A stretch of DNA of 63,712 nucleotides, filler included, from Trichomonas gallinae (Eukaryota), in the NCBI GenBank assembly GCA_008369845.1. It is 9 parts of 9 records of this genome, joined end to end, with 100 filler letters (N's around TTAATTAATTAA, not from the genome) between each part and the next. Parts side by side here need not be neighbours in the genome. Positions count along the whole stretch, not along the records: positions 8,939 to 19,382 come from MRSU01001362.1; positions 19,483 to 35,293 come from MRSU01001364.1; 7 more parts are not named here. The stretch is one strand, 5' to 3'. Below the pieces are notes generated by a model. That model worked only from the letters and a program-made list of their open reading frames with translations, did no database searches and was not told the origin of the DNA. Positions 10,355-20,922 of the stretch are shown piece by piece; position 1 is the first letter of the stretch, and the number at the start of each line of letters is the position of its first letter. The position numbers and the translations under genes are program-made.

Positions 10355-11449
10355 TCATGATTTGAGCAATGGCAAAACAGGCTTGACTGGCATCACTCGC
10401 ACATTATCTCTAATCATTGAGTGCTCATTTCTGATTCGTGGCACCCTCCATGAATTTACAACAATATTCGACACTGAACTTCTTCGAATATCAAATGTTC
10501 CCATCGGAATAACATCGAAGAAAACTGCATCATCTCTCTTAACATATTCTACTGGATAAAAAGCTTCATAGCAAATTTTGTCGGTCAAAATCAAATATCC
10601 GCATTTGTTTTTATTTCCTGAATAATTCGACGAGCTGAACACTGTAATGACATCATCTCCATGTTTGCACTCTATTCCATTGGAGACACACTGATGTCCT
10701 CGAATTATACAAGAAAAATTGTTTTGTCTCAAAAAATCTTTTGTAGCGCTTGAATTAAACTGGCATCCCAACCCTCTCCTGTTAGGGATGAATTTATCTG
10801 GTGAATCGCCCGGGTCTGACCAAAGTAAATCATTGACTAAATCGCAAAACTCGAGCGTTGGTACATGTATACTCTTGATATCATTAATAGTATTTGCGTG
10901 CTGCGAAAGTCCTCCATGAACACAGAAAATATCCTTTTGTACTACAGCCGCATATGGGAATAGAGCAAACACGTCATTGAACAAATCCCATAGATTCGTT
11001 TGGCCATATACCTGGGCAATGTTCAAGTGGAACCCGTATTTCACATTTATTTCTGCGATTTCGTGATTTCCTCGTATAAGTGTTATTGAATGAGGATATA
11101 GTACTCGAAAAGTGAGCAATAATACGATAACTTCTAGTGAATACTGGCCTCTGTCAACATAATCTCCCAAAAATACGTATTTTTGAACATCAGGTTTTCC
11201 GCATTTCTTCAAAATGCGCAATAAATCATGTAGATTCCCATGCAGGTCACCAACTATTACTACATTGTCATTGACGCTAACGACAGATTTCGGCTTCGGG
11301 TATGTTTTCATAGCTTCATTAATCAAATCTTTGAGCGCGCACTCTTGAAATTTGGGTATAGGTATTGTATCACCTATTGACTGTATATCTGAAACCTCAA
11401 CGCCAAATATTTGCTTGAAAGAGCTATATATTAATTCTACACTTTTCAT
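10355..11449 (-). CDS. Ser/Thr protein phosphatase, PPP family
   Basis: Motifs GDLHG, GDYVDRG, RGNHE, HGG, DLLWSDP, RGHQ and TVFSSSNY are all present. Confidence 0.95.
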   Translation of the reverse strand: MKSVELIYSSFKQIFGVEVSDIQSIGDTIPIPKFQECALKDLINEAMKTYPKPKSVVSVNDNVVIVGDLHGNLHDLLRILKKCGKPDVQKYVFLGDYVDRGQYSLEVIVLLLTFRVLYPHSITLIRGNHEIAEINVKYGFHLNIAQVYGQTNLWDLFNDVFALFPYAAVVQKDIFCVHGGLSQHANTINDIKSIHVPTLEFCDLVNDLLWSDPGDSPDKFIPNRRGLGCQFNSSATKDFLRQNNFSCIIRGHQCVSNGIECKHGDDVITVFSSSNYSGNKNKCGYLILTDKICYEAFYPVEYVKRDDAVFFDVIPMGTFDIRRSSVSNIVVNSWRVPRIRNEHSMIRDNVRVMPVKPVLPLLKS

Positions 11450-12037
11450 TTAAATTTTGGCACTTTTGCCAAAATGCTATCATTGTAATACTCACAGAGA
11501 TCTTCAAAATATCACGAAAATGAAATAAGATTGAACTGGGGTCAACTGTCAGTTTTTGTTTTTTATGGGTGTGTTTGAATTTATAAAATCATAAAAATTT
11601 TTAATTACCTGTTGTTTGACGATTTTCATTTCAATTGAATTAGAAATAATCGTATGTCAATTAATTTTTTTTACTTGACAAATTTGAGATAAAAATGAAT
11701 CCGTTTATCATGTTTACACAGGGCTCTATTCTATTCGTTTTAAAACTAGGAATAAGCCAAAATAGAGAATAATCGATAAAAGACGCTCACCCGCACCTAT
11801 AATCTGATCCCAATTTTTAAAAATCTCACCAAATCGATCAATAGAATTAGAAATAATAGTTATACAACTAGATTCATCTATTTATATCTGATAATCGAAT
11901 TAATTCTGCGATTTTCCATGATGAAAAATATGATCATAAGGAAATCGATTCAAACCTTAATCTTTTTAAAGCATATTCATGTGAGTTGTTTGTAAATAGG
12001 ACTTGTTAATTATTCTAAATAAAAATCATAAAATTAT

Positions 12038-14614
12038 TTATTTCGTTTCAGGTGGCTTTGCTTCAGCAGGCTGCGCGGGTTCAGCCGGCGTGGCAACTTG
12101 TATTGGTGTCAAAACATCAGTGTCTCCCGTCAAGGTGACGCCGTAAATATCTCCTCCCTTTCTAACCTGAACTTCGCATGTCAGATCTTCTCTGTTCCTC
12201 TTAATCGCGACATCCATTCCGTACAACTGCGCAAGGTACTTGAAGAGCAATGCTCTGTGTCTAACAGCACCAACCTGGAGCTGTCCGAGCATGACGACAT
12301 CCGAGTGAGTCTTATATTTGCATCTAGAGACTTCAGCTTCATATGGGATTCTTCCGCCCTCGAATGCGCCGCCCATTCTCTGGATAACGAATTGAGCAAC
12401 GCTGTTTGCGATGTGCGGCCACTCTGGGATGACAACAGTCACCTGTGGTTCGATTGGCTCGTTCTTCTTTGCGCCTTTCTTCTTCGGCTGTGGAACTTCT
12501 GCTGGCTCTACTTTGACAGAGAAACTATCTGCCAATGCTTGGATTGCGTCCTTAAGTCCTGGATCTTTGTTCTGGTCTAAGAGGAGTGCCTCGATTCTGA
12601 GGTGGATGACATCATTGAGGAGTGTGTCGAGTGATTGGTATGTTTCTGATCTTGGATCGAGAGAATAGAAGCCGTCTTCGATCTTGTCGCCGAAATCGAG
12701 GTTATCCTTGACCCAGAACTTCGCGACGATGTTCGATGAGCAAAGTGTTTCTAAAGCGGTTGTTGCGAACTGTGAAAGGTTGAGGTTGATCATCTGTGAG
12801 CTCTGTGCAAACTTCTTGAGCTTCTCGATGAGTCCGAATCCGCACAACTGAACAGCGATTTCGTGCTTCATAGCCAATGAGTTGATGGCGTGAAGTGAGT
12901 TTCTGCGGATTGCAACCTTCTTGTTGGAGATCAATCCGATCAAGACCTGCATGAAGTGTGGCTTGGCTGCGATGCTTGCGCGTGCTGTCTCATCAACTGC
13001 AAGTGTTGCAAGGATGAGAAGTGATGTGTTCAAAATGTCTGGATATGGTGATGTGATCAAATTCTCGATGTCGCCGATGCACTTCTCGATGAGCATCTGC
13101 TGGAGCTTGGAGTCTCCAATCATCTTGTAGAGCATTGGGAGAATGATCATCTGGATCTCAACATTCCAGCCACGCTCGTTGCCGATCTCTGGTGGAGCTG
13201 GTTTAGCTTCAGCAGCCAATCTTTCCGCTTCAGCCTCTGCGGCAGCCTTTTCTGCAGCTGCTTTCTCTGCTGCGGCCTTTTCGGCGGCTGTCATCTTGAC
13301 ATTTGTCTGCTCTGGGGCCTTCTCCTGCTGTAGCTCTGGCTCTGGAGCGAATTCTTCGCCTGTGACGGTTAAGTGCAAAATCGAGATTAAATGCTCAATT
13401 GCGCCAAACTCGTGAAGCTTTGCGCGAATGCTGCGGTTTTCGCAGACGTGGTCTAAGATGATGAGTGCGCTCTTCATGATTGTCTTTGAGTTTGGAAGTT
13501 TAACATTGTCCTGGTTGATGATTTCCTTAGTAAGTAATTTGCAGATTCTGCCTAGTTGGTCTGTTTCGAGAAGTGCTGAGTGTGTGTTAGCGTCATTAGA
13601 GAGCTCTGCAAGAATAAGGCTCATCTTCTCCTTTTGTGGAACTTCTGTCTGAATTGAGAAAATTCTGTCGAGGAAGAATGGAACCTGCTGGGCAAGAGCG
13701 CGTGCAACGAGTGGGATCTTGCAGCAGTTTCTGAAGATGATGAGAAGATATGGGATAACTGGATCGAATTCTTCTAAATCGTTGAGTGCTGTTAAGAATT
13801 TGTTGAGAAGCTCTTCGTCAAAGTGATATTGGAATGACTGTACGTTTGAGATCTGTGAAATGATTGTGTATGCGAATGTCTGAATGGTTTTATCGGCATC
13901 TTCTAAATATGGATATACCGAATTCCAGCCTGCGCGTTCCTCGAAGTGGACGACGCACTCTGGGTCTGTTAAGATATTTCCTGTTGCTTGCAAAGCGTTG
14001 TTGAGAACTTCTTCATCAAGATCTTCTGTTGCCAAGAAATCAATAAGACTATCAAATAGTCCGCTGCTCAAGATTGAGCGGCGGTTTTCGAAGTCTGTAC
14101 TCATTCTGAAGCAAGCTAAAGAAACTTGTGATTGAATTGTTGGATCGTCACGTTTTAAGGCCTCCTTGAATGCTTCAAGGGCGCCGTTCGCGATAATCTC
14201 GCGTGATGTAACTGGATCTTCAGCCAAAGCAACAAGAGCTTCGAAACATCTTTCTGATAATTGCGCTGCTTCGAATTGAGACGCGAAATGGACGATATGT
14301 GGCACAGCACCTGATTTAGAGAGTAGTTCGAAAGCCCATTTTTCTTTGCAGGCTGAGTTTGCGAGTGCTGCTAAATACCATGAAATAACGATTAAAACTT
14401 GATCATTCTTGAAATTTGAAGCTAATTCGACTATGCGTTCGATTGTTGCGTTTACCATTGATTCGTCAGATATTCGTTCCCTTAATGCTGAAATTGTCGG
14501 CATTAAGACGTTTGGCTCGTTGGATGCCATAAGAAGTAGAAGCGTATCATATGATTCAACTGTAATATCCACTGGTAGATGGACTTCATCGAAGTCGTCT
14601 GCAACAGCGGTCAT
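12038..14614 (-). CDS. Armadillo-repeat protein with C-terminal EDR1-like domain (ARMC3-like)
   Basis: Helical ARM-like repeats, an (AEKAA)n linker, and the C-terminal motif LGQLQVGAVRHRALLFKYLA typical of EDR1/ARMC3. The start was moved to MTAVADD (ATG 14614) because the 22-codon upstream extension is very AT-rich and looks non-coding. Confidence 0.8.
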   Translation of the reverse strand: MTAVADDFDEVHLPVDITVESYDTLLLLMASNEPNVLMPTISALRERISDESMVNATIERIVELASNFKNDQVLIVISWYLAALANSACKEKWAFELLSKSGAVPHIVHFASQFEAAQLSERCFEALVALAEDPVTSREIIANGALEAFKEALKRDDPTIQSQVSLACFRMSTDFENRRSILSSGLFDSLIDFLATEDLDEEVLNNALQATGNILTDPECVVHFEERAGWNSVYPYLEDADKTIQTFAYTIISQISNVQSFQYHFDEELLNKFLTALNDLEEFDPVIPYLLIIFRNCCKIPLVARALAQQVPFFLDRIFSIQTEVPQKEKMSLILAELSNDANTHSALLETDQLGRICKLLTKEIINQDNVKLPNSKTIMKSALIILDHVCENRSIRAKLHEFGAIEHLISILHLTVTGEEFAPEPELQQEKAPEQTNVKMTAAEKAAAEKAAAEKAAAEAEAERLAAEAKPAPPEIGNERGWNVEIQMIILPMLYKMIGDSKLQQMLIEKCIGDIENLITSPYPDILNTSLLILATLAVDETARASIAAKPHFMQVLIGLISNKKVAIRRNSLHAINSLAMKHEIAVQLCGFGLIEKLKKFAQSSQMINLNLSQFATTALETLCSSNIVAKFWVKDNLDFGDKIEDGFYSLDPRSETYQSLDTLLNDVIHLRIEALLLDQNKDPGLKDAIQALADSFSVKVEPAEVPQPKKKGAKKNEPIEPQVTVVIPEWPHIANSVAQFVIQRMGGAFEGGRIPYEAEVSRCKYKTHSDVVMLGQLQVGAVRHRALLFKYLAQLYGMDVAIKRNREDLTCEVQVRKGGDIYGVTLTGDTDVLTPIQVATPAEPAQPAEAKPPETK

Positions 14615-14983
14615 ATTTTGGAAAAATCCGTTATCAAGAAAAAAAAATTCTTGAAATTGATTTTTTGCATTTTTAGACATGTTATTTTAAGCATATAATG
14701 AATTTCACATTAAATTTTCAAAATCTCGAATAATTAAACGTGAATTTTCTGTTTTATATTTTTGATCTGATATTATTAATTCTAATACTACAATAATCAT
14801 AAAATCATTATCAAAATCGAATTATCAATTTATTGACATGTAAATTTTAATTTGCTATGTAAGCATTTTTTTGTAATGTAAAATAATTATATAATACCAA
14901 GATAGTCAAGAATTAATCCTATTATCAAATTATAAGCCTATTTTTACAAAATTTTAGACAAAATCATAATCAAAATCAGAAAA

Positions 14984-16621
14984 ATGGGACGAAAAGGAAA
15001 ACTATCAGTGGAAGACATCAATTATTTGATTGTAATCACTACATTTCTTTCTCTCTGTTCTATGATGCTTGTTATCAACTCCCTTACTCATTATAATTCG
15101 AATAGAATAGTTAATTTTTCGAATATTCAAGCATACGGATATAAACAGTCTCAAAAATATCATAAACTAACGAAATGTGGAGTGAATTGTACATCTAACC
15201 TTGAGTTATTACGTCCCTATGGTATGGATCCAGATAATTATTCTCAAAATGATGAATATGTTTTAATTTTAGGATCTTCTGGTCTCATAGGAAGCGTTTT
15301 ACATCGCAAATTACTAGAAAAAGGCTACAAAGTTCTTCACATTTTATCGAGAAATCATCGAGATCTTCGAATTAACGGTTCATTAGACATATTTAATGAT
15401 ATTAAAATCAAATACGTCTATTTTCTGGCATTTGAAGTAGGTGGCGCAAAATATCTACAAAATGAAGCAAAACAAGATTATATTTACTACTCAAACGATG
15501 CAATGATGAGTAATGTAATTGGTTGGATTAATTCCAGAGGCACAAAATATGCATTTGCTTCAAGTTCACTTATTTCTGATGACAGTGCATATGGACGGGC
15601 CAAAAAGGAAGGCGAACAAAAATCTGTCCAAACTCATGCAATTACGCGTGTGTTCAGACTGTGGAATGTCTATGGTTTTGAATATCCAAATCCGAAAAGC
15701 CATGTTATTCCAGATTTCATTTCTCAGTGTATTAAATATAAGAAGGTTACACCTCTAACAGATGGTTATGAACTCAGACAGTTCCTGCACGTTGAAGATA
15801 CATGTGATAATTTAATCACCCTAATGGAAAAGTTTTGGGATGTAGATTGTGTAAGTGATTTATCAGATGGGAAGTGGGTATCTATTAGAGATGTTGTTAC
15901 TGCAATTGAGGAAGTAGATCCAAGTTGCGAATTCGTTTTTCCTGAAAAGAAAGCAAAAGATATGAAAAGACTCACTCCGAATAATTCTTCTAAACTTCAT
16001 AAGAACCTCTGGCAGCAAAAATACGATCTTAAGACAGGAATACAAGAAGTTTACAAGAAAATGGAGGAATACTACAATTATATGAAAAATCACGTTCAGC
16101 TTTCGATAGGCATAGTAGTAGACACGCTATCAATGATAGAAATCAATCAAATTGACAAAATTAAATCAAAATTAAAAGAATTATCTCAAAATGTTGAGAT
16201 AAATTATGATATTTCAATCATAGCTAAAGAAAATAAATTGAAAGACAACTGCAGTTTTTACAAATCAGTTGACGAATTTATTGTTCATGCAAAAAGTGAG
16301 AACATTGCTTTAATGAAACCTAATATTATTCCAACTGAGTATCACTTCATGTTTTTCCAAAGAAATTTGACTAGAGACGATTTTTATTATTTTGCATCAA
16401 CACAAACTGAAGAAACAAGACAAAAATTCACAACTGCTAAATTCTATACAGTTGACAGTTGTTATAAGCCTGCAATTCTTGTTAGTGTAGATTTTGTTGC
16501 AGGAAAAAGAAAAACATTATACAAGATTGATGATTTTTCATTTGATCACTTCGCAGATAAAGTTTCATGTGGATCCGAAGTCATCCAATTCGAAGAACCT
16601 GTTTTGAAATTGTCCGTATAA
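14984..16621 (+). CDS. Type II membrane-anchored NAD-dependent epimerase/dehydratase (extended SDR) with an extra C-terminal domain
   Basis: N-terminal TM segment (YLIVITTFLSLCSMMLVI), GSSGLIG (GxxGxxG), YGRAK (YxxxK), RLWNVYG, HVIPDFI and RQFLHVED. Confidence 0.88.
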   Translation: MGRKGKLSVEDINYLIVITTFLSLCSMMLVINSLTHYNSNRIVNFSNIQAYGYKQSQKYHKLTKCGVNCTSNLELLRPYGMDPDNYSQNDEYVLILGSSGLIGSVLHRKLLEKGYKVLHILSRNHRDLRINGSLDIFNDIKIKYVYFLAFEVGGAKYLQNEAKQDYIYYSNDAMMSNVIGWINSRGTKYAFASSSLISDDSAYGRAKKEGEQKSVQTHAITRVFRLWNVYGFEYPNPKSHVIPDFISQCIKYKKVTPLTDGYELRQFLHVEDTCDNLITLMEKFWDVDCVSDLSDGKWVSIRDVVTAIEEVDPSCEFVFPEKKAKDMKRLTPNNSSKLHKNLWQQKYDLKTGIQEVYKKMEEYYNYMKNHVQLSIGIVVDTLSMIEINQIDKIKSKLKELSQNVEINYDISIIAKENKLKDNCSFYKSVDEFIVHAKSENIALMKPNIIPTEYHFMFFQRNLTRDDFYYFASTQTEETRQKFTTAKFYTVDSCYKPAILVSVDFVAGKRKTLYKIDDFSFDHFADKVSCGSEVIQFEEPVLKLSV

Positions 16622-16737
16622 TTTGTTATTTTTTGTTTTTTGAATATAGAGTATTGTAAAAATTATAATATTATGTAAATACACAACAAAACATCATTTT
16701 TCAATTACTATGTTAAAATAATGAAAAATGAATATAT

Positions 16738-17439
16738 TCAATCTTCATTTTGTGTTGTAGCAGAAAATTTTCGTATCACTGACGGTAAATTTGAGATTGT
16801 GTGACTCGTATCTTCTAAGGCTTGAGCTTTTCTGATTGGATTTCTGTATGGTAGAATTGATATAATATAAGCAACGAATACTGCTGATAGAATGAACATT
16901 GAGAAGTATTTGGATGTGGCTTGTGGTTGAACTAAGAAAAATTGTAGATAAGAATGATCTCGACTCCAATCAAAGCCATTAAACGAAATCTTAACTGAAG
17001 TATTTACTGGTATGAGCCATGGAACCTGACAATGCAGTGATGTCATCGAATGGTTGCATTTAACAATTATTTTATCGAACATTGCATAAGTTGTAGCGTT
17101 AATTGGTATGTTTTTATTGGTTTTGATTGTGACAAAGTCACTACTATATGCTTGTACTGCTTTTGGATGAATGGAAACGATTTTTGGTAAAAAATGATTT
17201 GGTTTGCAGTAGTTAATGCCATCTCCATAGTATCCACCGTTACATTTGCAGACACTAGGTCCAGTACAAACAGCATTTCTATGGCATTTCGGTCGACATG
17301 TCCAACATCCAATAATAAAAACGTCAGGATCTCCGAAATAGTGTGGCTTACATTTGCAGATGCCATTTTCATCTCTATATGTGTTCTTCACTCTACATTT
17401 TGTCGTATTTTTTTCATTAATAAATAGAGTGAGGAACAT
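16738..17439 (-). CDS. EGF-like + IPT/TIG-like single-pass membrane protein
   Basis: Cys-rich EGF patterns (CHRNAVCTGPSVCKCNGGYYGDG), an IPT-like segment PKIVSIHP...VKISFNGFDWS, and a C-terminal TM segment. Confidence 0.8.
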   Translation of the reverse strand: MFLTLFINEKNTTKCRVKNTYRDENGICKCKPHYFGDPDVFIIGCWTCRPKCHRNAVCTGPSVCKCNGGYYGDGINYCKPNHFLPKIVSIHPKAVQAYSSDFVTIKTNKNIPINATTYAMFDKIIVKCNHSMTSLHCQVPWLIPVNTSVKISFNGFDWSRDHSYLQFFLVQPQATSKYFSMFILSAVFVAYIISILPYRNPIRKAQALEDTSHTISNLPSVIRKFSATTQNED

Positions 17440-17814
17440 AAAAGAAAAATGAAGAAGAATTATTCAATATATTGGATATTTTAACATTCTCAATTGAATT
17501 CTTATGAAAGCATTATTATTTTCACAGATCTACAATATTTCTTTATTATGTCATTTAAGTAGATGTCATTAGAACAATATATGAAATGACGTTGCTTTGA
17601 TATACTGAATAGAAGAAAAAATCTAAAAAATTAATATCAAAAATTTATTAAGAACAAATACGACTGAAATAAGAGTCACTGAATGTATATAAACAAGTAT
17701 ATGTTTGATAACAGATATAAAATGAATTTATCGAGAATTTTGTAAATATTCTATTAAATAAATATTAGTAATAACGAATTTTGTATTCAATGTTTGTGCA
17801 ATATGAGTTGAATT

Positions 17815-18192
17815 TCATTCAGCTGGTGCTTCTGTTGGTGAAATTTCGACAAGTGAATCAGAAATCTCTTGTAAAAGATCCTTGAAATGACATTGACTTA
17901 ATTCTCTTACGAGTATGCATTTCTTCATGAAGAATTGTTCCATTTCATAAGCGCAATCTTTTAAAACTTCATCATCGCTTATTTTCTTTTCGCGAAATAC
18001 ATCTAATACTGCCTTTTCCCATGAAGAAAAGCTTACATATCTTTTAGAGTTTAATTCTTGACGAATTTGAGATAATGGTCCTTCACCGAATTTTTCCTTT
18101 TCCGAGATAATCATTGACATTGGCCTTTCAATCAGATCATCCATGACACGAATGCATAAACGTCTGATTGTTGGATTTAAATCTGTTTCCAT
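17815..18192 (-). CDS. Short degenerate bromodomain-like protein
   Basis: CIRVMDDLIERPMS and LSQIRQELNSKRYVSFSSWEKAV resemble bromodomain helices, with a shortened ZA loop. Start set at METDLN (ATG 18192), which has a sense-strand TCACT Inr-like motif about 15 nt upstream. Confidence 0.6.
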   Translation of the reverse strand: METDLNPTIRRLCIRVMDDLIERPMSMIISEKEKFGEGPLSQIRQELNSKRYVSFSSWEKAVLDVFREKKISDDEVLKDCAYEMEQFFMKKCILVRELSQCHFKDLLQEISDSLVEISPTEAPAE

Positions 18193-18334
18193 TTTTAAAA
18201 TATAAAAAGTGACAAAATATGAAATTTCTATTTTTGATGCCAATGACATTATAATAAACAGCAAATAATTTTGACAAGCATTTTTACTATAAAACAATTT
18301 TTTTTTGCAATGAAAATAACAAATTTGAATAAAA

Positions 18335-19255
18335 TCAAACTGTAATGCGTCGATTGTGCCTCGAATTGAGGGCAACTGGAGGTACTAATCTGTATTGTGC
18401 GACATTTTCAATTTCGAATTTTGCAGGATTGATCATATAATCATAAGACGTGCCATTTGACAATGCCACAGAGATCCTGTTTCCAGAAACAAGGCAAGCA
18501 AGAGGTGGTGCGCATAAAGCTGTATTAACGTGTTTACCATCTTTAGCGAAAACATGCAATGTTTGATGAGAGCACGCGCATAGGTAGTCTGGAGATAATG
18601 ATAATGCGAGTATTTCTCCTTTTGTATAACCTCTTCGGAATTGATTAACTGTTTCGCCTGTTTTCGTATCAAATAAGCGGATTAAAGTACCTTTTGTGCT
18701 TGATGTAGCAAGAACATTTGAACTTTTGGAAAGATATAAGTTCTGTATTGGTCCTGTGTGACATTGAATAGTTTTTGTGACACTAAATCCAGGAATCTCA
18801 GCGATATAAACGACACCTGGATTCCTATCGTCTGGATATGCAATGCAATTCTCATTTACAGTAAATAATCCTTTTGCACTGCGGCGATCAATCGTAGCAA
18901 TTGAATGGAAAGTTATAATCTCGTAAATTTGTATCATGTTCTGTAATGATACGAAAAGATGAGAAGAATTTACTCTAAGGTCAAGAATTCGATCTGGAAA
19001 TTCTAGTTTTCTGAGAAAAACTCCTGTTTCTTTCTGAAATATTTGTAAAAAGAATGCTGTATATGGAGGAACATCGCCATTTCCTACAGCAACTATGAAA
19101 TCATTGAATGTTACGGCATTCAAAAAATTCATTCCTGTGCAATGCGCGATTAAAGTGAATTCGGGTATTTTGTTCAATATAACATTCCTGTCTGTGCACA
19201 CTACTATGGTGCCAGGAGTGTCTAAATTTACAGAATTAACTTCTGCGTTGCTCAT
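18335..19255 (-). CDS. ATG18: Atg18/WIPI-family WD40 PROPPIN
   Basis: LATSSTKGTLIRLFD and the phosphoinositide-binding FRRG motif (NQFRRGY); WD40-like strands. Confidence 0.85.
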   Translation of the reverse strand: MSNAEVNSVNLDTPGTIVVCTDRNVILNKIPEFTLIAHCTGMNFLNAVTFNDFIVAVGNGDVPPYTAFFLQIFQKETGVFLRKLEFPDRILDLRVNSSHLFVSLQNMIQIYEIITFHSIATIDRRSAKGLFTVNENCIAYPDDRNPGVVYIAEIPGFSVTKTIQCHTGPIQNLYLSKSSNVLATSSTKGTLIRLFDTKTGETVNQFRRGYTKGEILALSLSPDYLCACSHQTLHVFAKDGKHVNTALCAPPLACLVSGNRISVALSNGTSYDYMINPAKFEIENVAQYRLVPPVALNSRHNRRITV

Positions 19256-19482
19256 AAAATTTTGTCAAATTTTAAGATTTTGTCACTTTTATGATTTTAA
19301 ATTGAGCCACTCACTTTTTCGTGCAAAAATGCAACTCCCCTTCCCATGCTTTTTTTCGCTTACCATTCTGTTATCCTTTACCNNNNNNNNNNNNNNNNNN
19401 NNNNNNNNNNNNNNNNNNNNNNNNNNTTAATTAATTAANNNNNNNNNNNNNNNNNNNNNNNNNNNNNNNNNNNNNNNNNNNN

Positions 19483-19562
19483 CAACACCTTCTTCTACTC
19501 CATCATCAACACCTTCTTCTACTCCATCATCAACACCTTCTTCTACTCCATCATCAACACCT
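19483..19562 (+). repeat. 24-bp coding tandem repeat (CAACACCTTCTTCTACTCCATCAT)n encoding (TPSS)n
   Basis: Three exact units plus a partial one, starting at the contig break. Confidence 0.9.
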
Positions 19563-20081
19563 AAAATAACTCCAAATAAAACTCCTTCAAAGACATTGAC
19601 AACAACTCCAATGATTTCATCATTTGAAACACCGCAAAATACAGCCGATGAATCATCTTCAATCCAAGAAACGCCAAAAATGGCACCATCTGAAACAATG
19701 TCCAATAAAGTTCCCTCACAATATATTCCTCATACTTCATCGATCAGTGAAACAGAAGGAAATGAAAAAATGAATTCTAAAACAACACAAAAGGATAAAT
19801 CTAAGCAAAGGAATTTGATTATTATCATAGTAGCATCAGTTATTGGAGCTGCATCTATAGCAGGATTTGTAATTTATTTCATCAGAAGAAATAAAGATAA
19901 AGTCATCACTTCTGAAGACGAATACAGCGCTGAAATGGAAACAACAATCATTACTCAAGATGTGTCATTAAATGTTACAATTGATAATCCATTGTTTACG
20001 ACGACAATCGAAGAAGATGATCCTGATCCATTCAGGAATGAATTTGAAGAATGCCCAGTAGTAGATTTCTTTGATATCTAA
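19485..20081 (+). CDS. 5'-truncated surface protein (TPSS mucin-like stalk, TM, acidic tail); family copy 1
   Basis: Frame is open from the contig start. 24-bp TPSS repeats, TM LIIIIVASVIGAASIAGFVIYFI, and a tail with YSAEMET, DNPLF and DPFRNEFEE..VVDFFDI. Confidence 0.85.
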   Translation, partial: TPSSTPSSTPSSTPSSTPSSTPSSTPKITPNKTPSKTLTTTPMISSFETPQNTADESSSIQETPKMAPSETMSNKVPSQYIPHTSSISETEGNEKMNSKTTQKDKSKQRNLIIIIVASVIGAASIAGFVIYFIRRNKDKVITSEDEYSAEMETTIITQDVSLNVTIDNPLFTTTIEEDDPDPFRNEFEECPVVDFFDI

Positions 20082-20922
20082 TTTATGTTTGTTTATATAT
20101 ATATATTATTTGTAAACGATCCGTCCTATATATATATATATATATATTTTGTATCACAATGTTTCTTCATTCAAATAAAATTCGATTTTTTATATCATCA
20201 TCGCAGTTTTGATGTGATTAAATATAAAATGAATGTCATCAATGATGAAGATCGATTTTAATGCCCTACTTTCCCAAACATTGGAAAATGAAAATAGGGA
20301 AATTTATAAAATCATACATCAATATTCTAATTATAATATTAATGTATTAAATGAAATGAACTTAATATTATATTAATAAGCCTGGAAGATAAAGAAAAAT
20401 GAAATTAAATTAATTTTCATGAAAAATGATTTTATTCGCATTATCCTCAGTCAAGAACTACATAATGTATCTTTATGCATCTCAATGCTACTATTTCCTT
20501 CATCTAGATTTCAATACGAAATTCGAGCGCGAATTTCCTAGTCATCGCCGACCAATTTTCACATACGCTATTGTAGCATGCAATATATGTGCTAAATCAT
20601 CATCAATGACTGACTTTGAAACGATTACGAATTTTGTCATAATCGGTGTTTTTCAATGCAAATGAACTTATCGTTCATATGAATGCTGCATTGATATAAG
20701 CAGTATTCTTCATTTTCCAATTTGTGATGCACTCAATTGTTGTGTACGATAAATATAATTCCTTTCAATTTTATAATACGATGCGGAATATATTGAGAGT
20801 GTTATAAACATGACATGATGTGTTTATTTGTTTCATATCATGATAATCAGTACTAATAAAGCATATCAGTTAAATATTTTGATTTTTGAGAGAATATTAT
20901 TCAAAAATGAATAATTTTTTTG

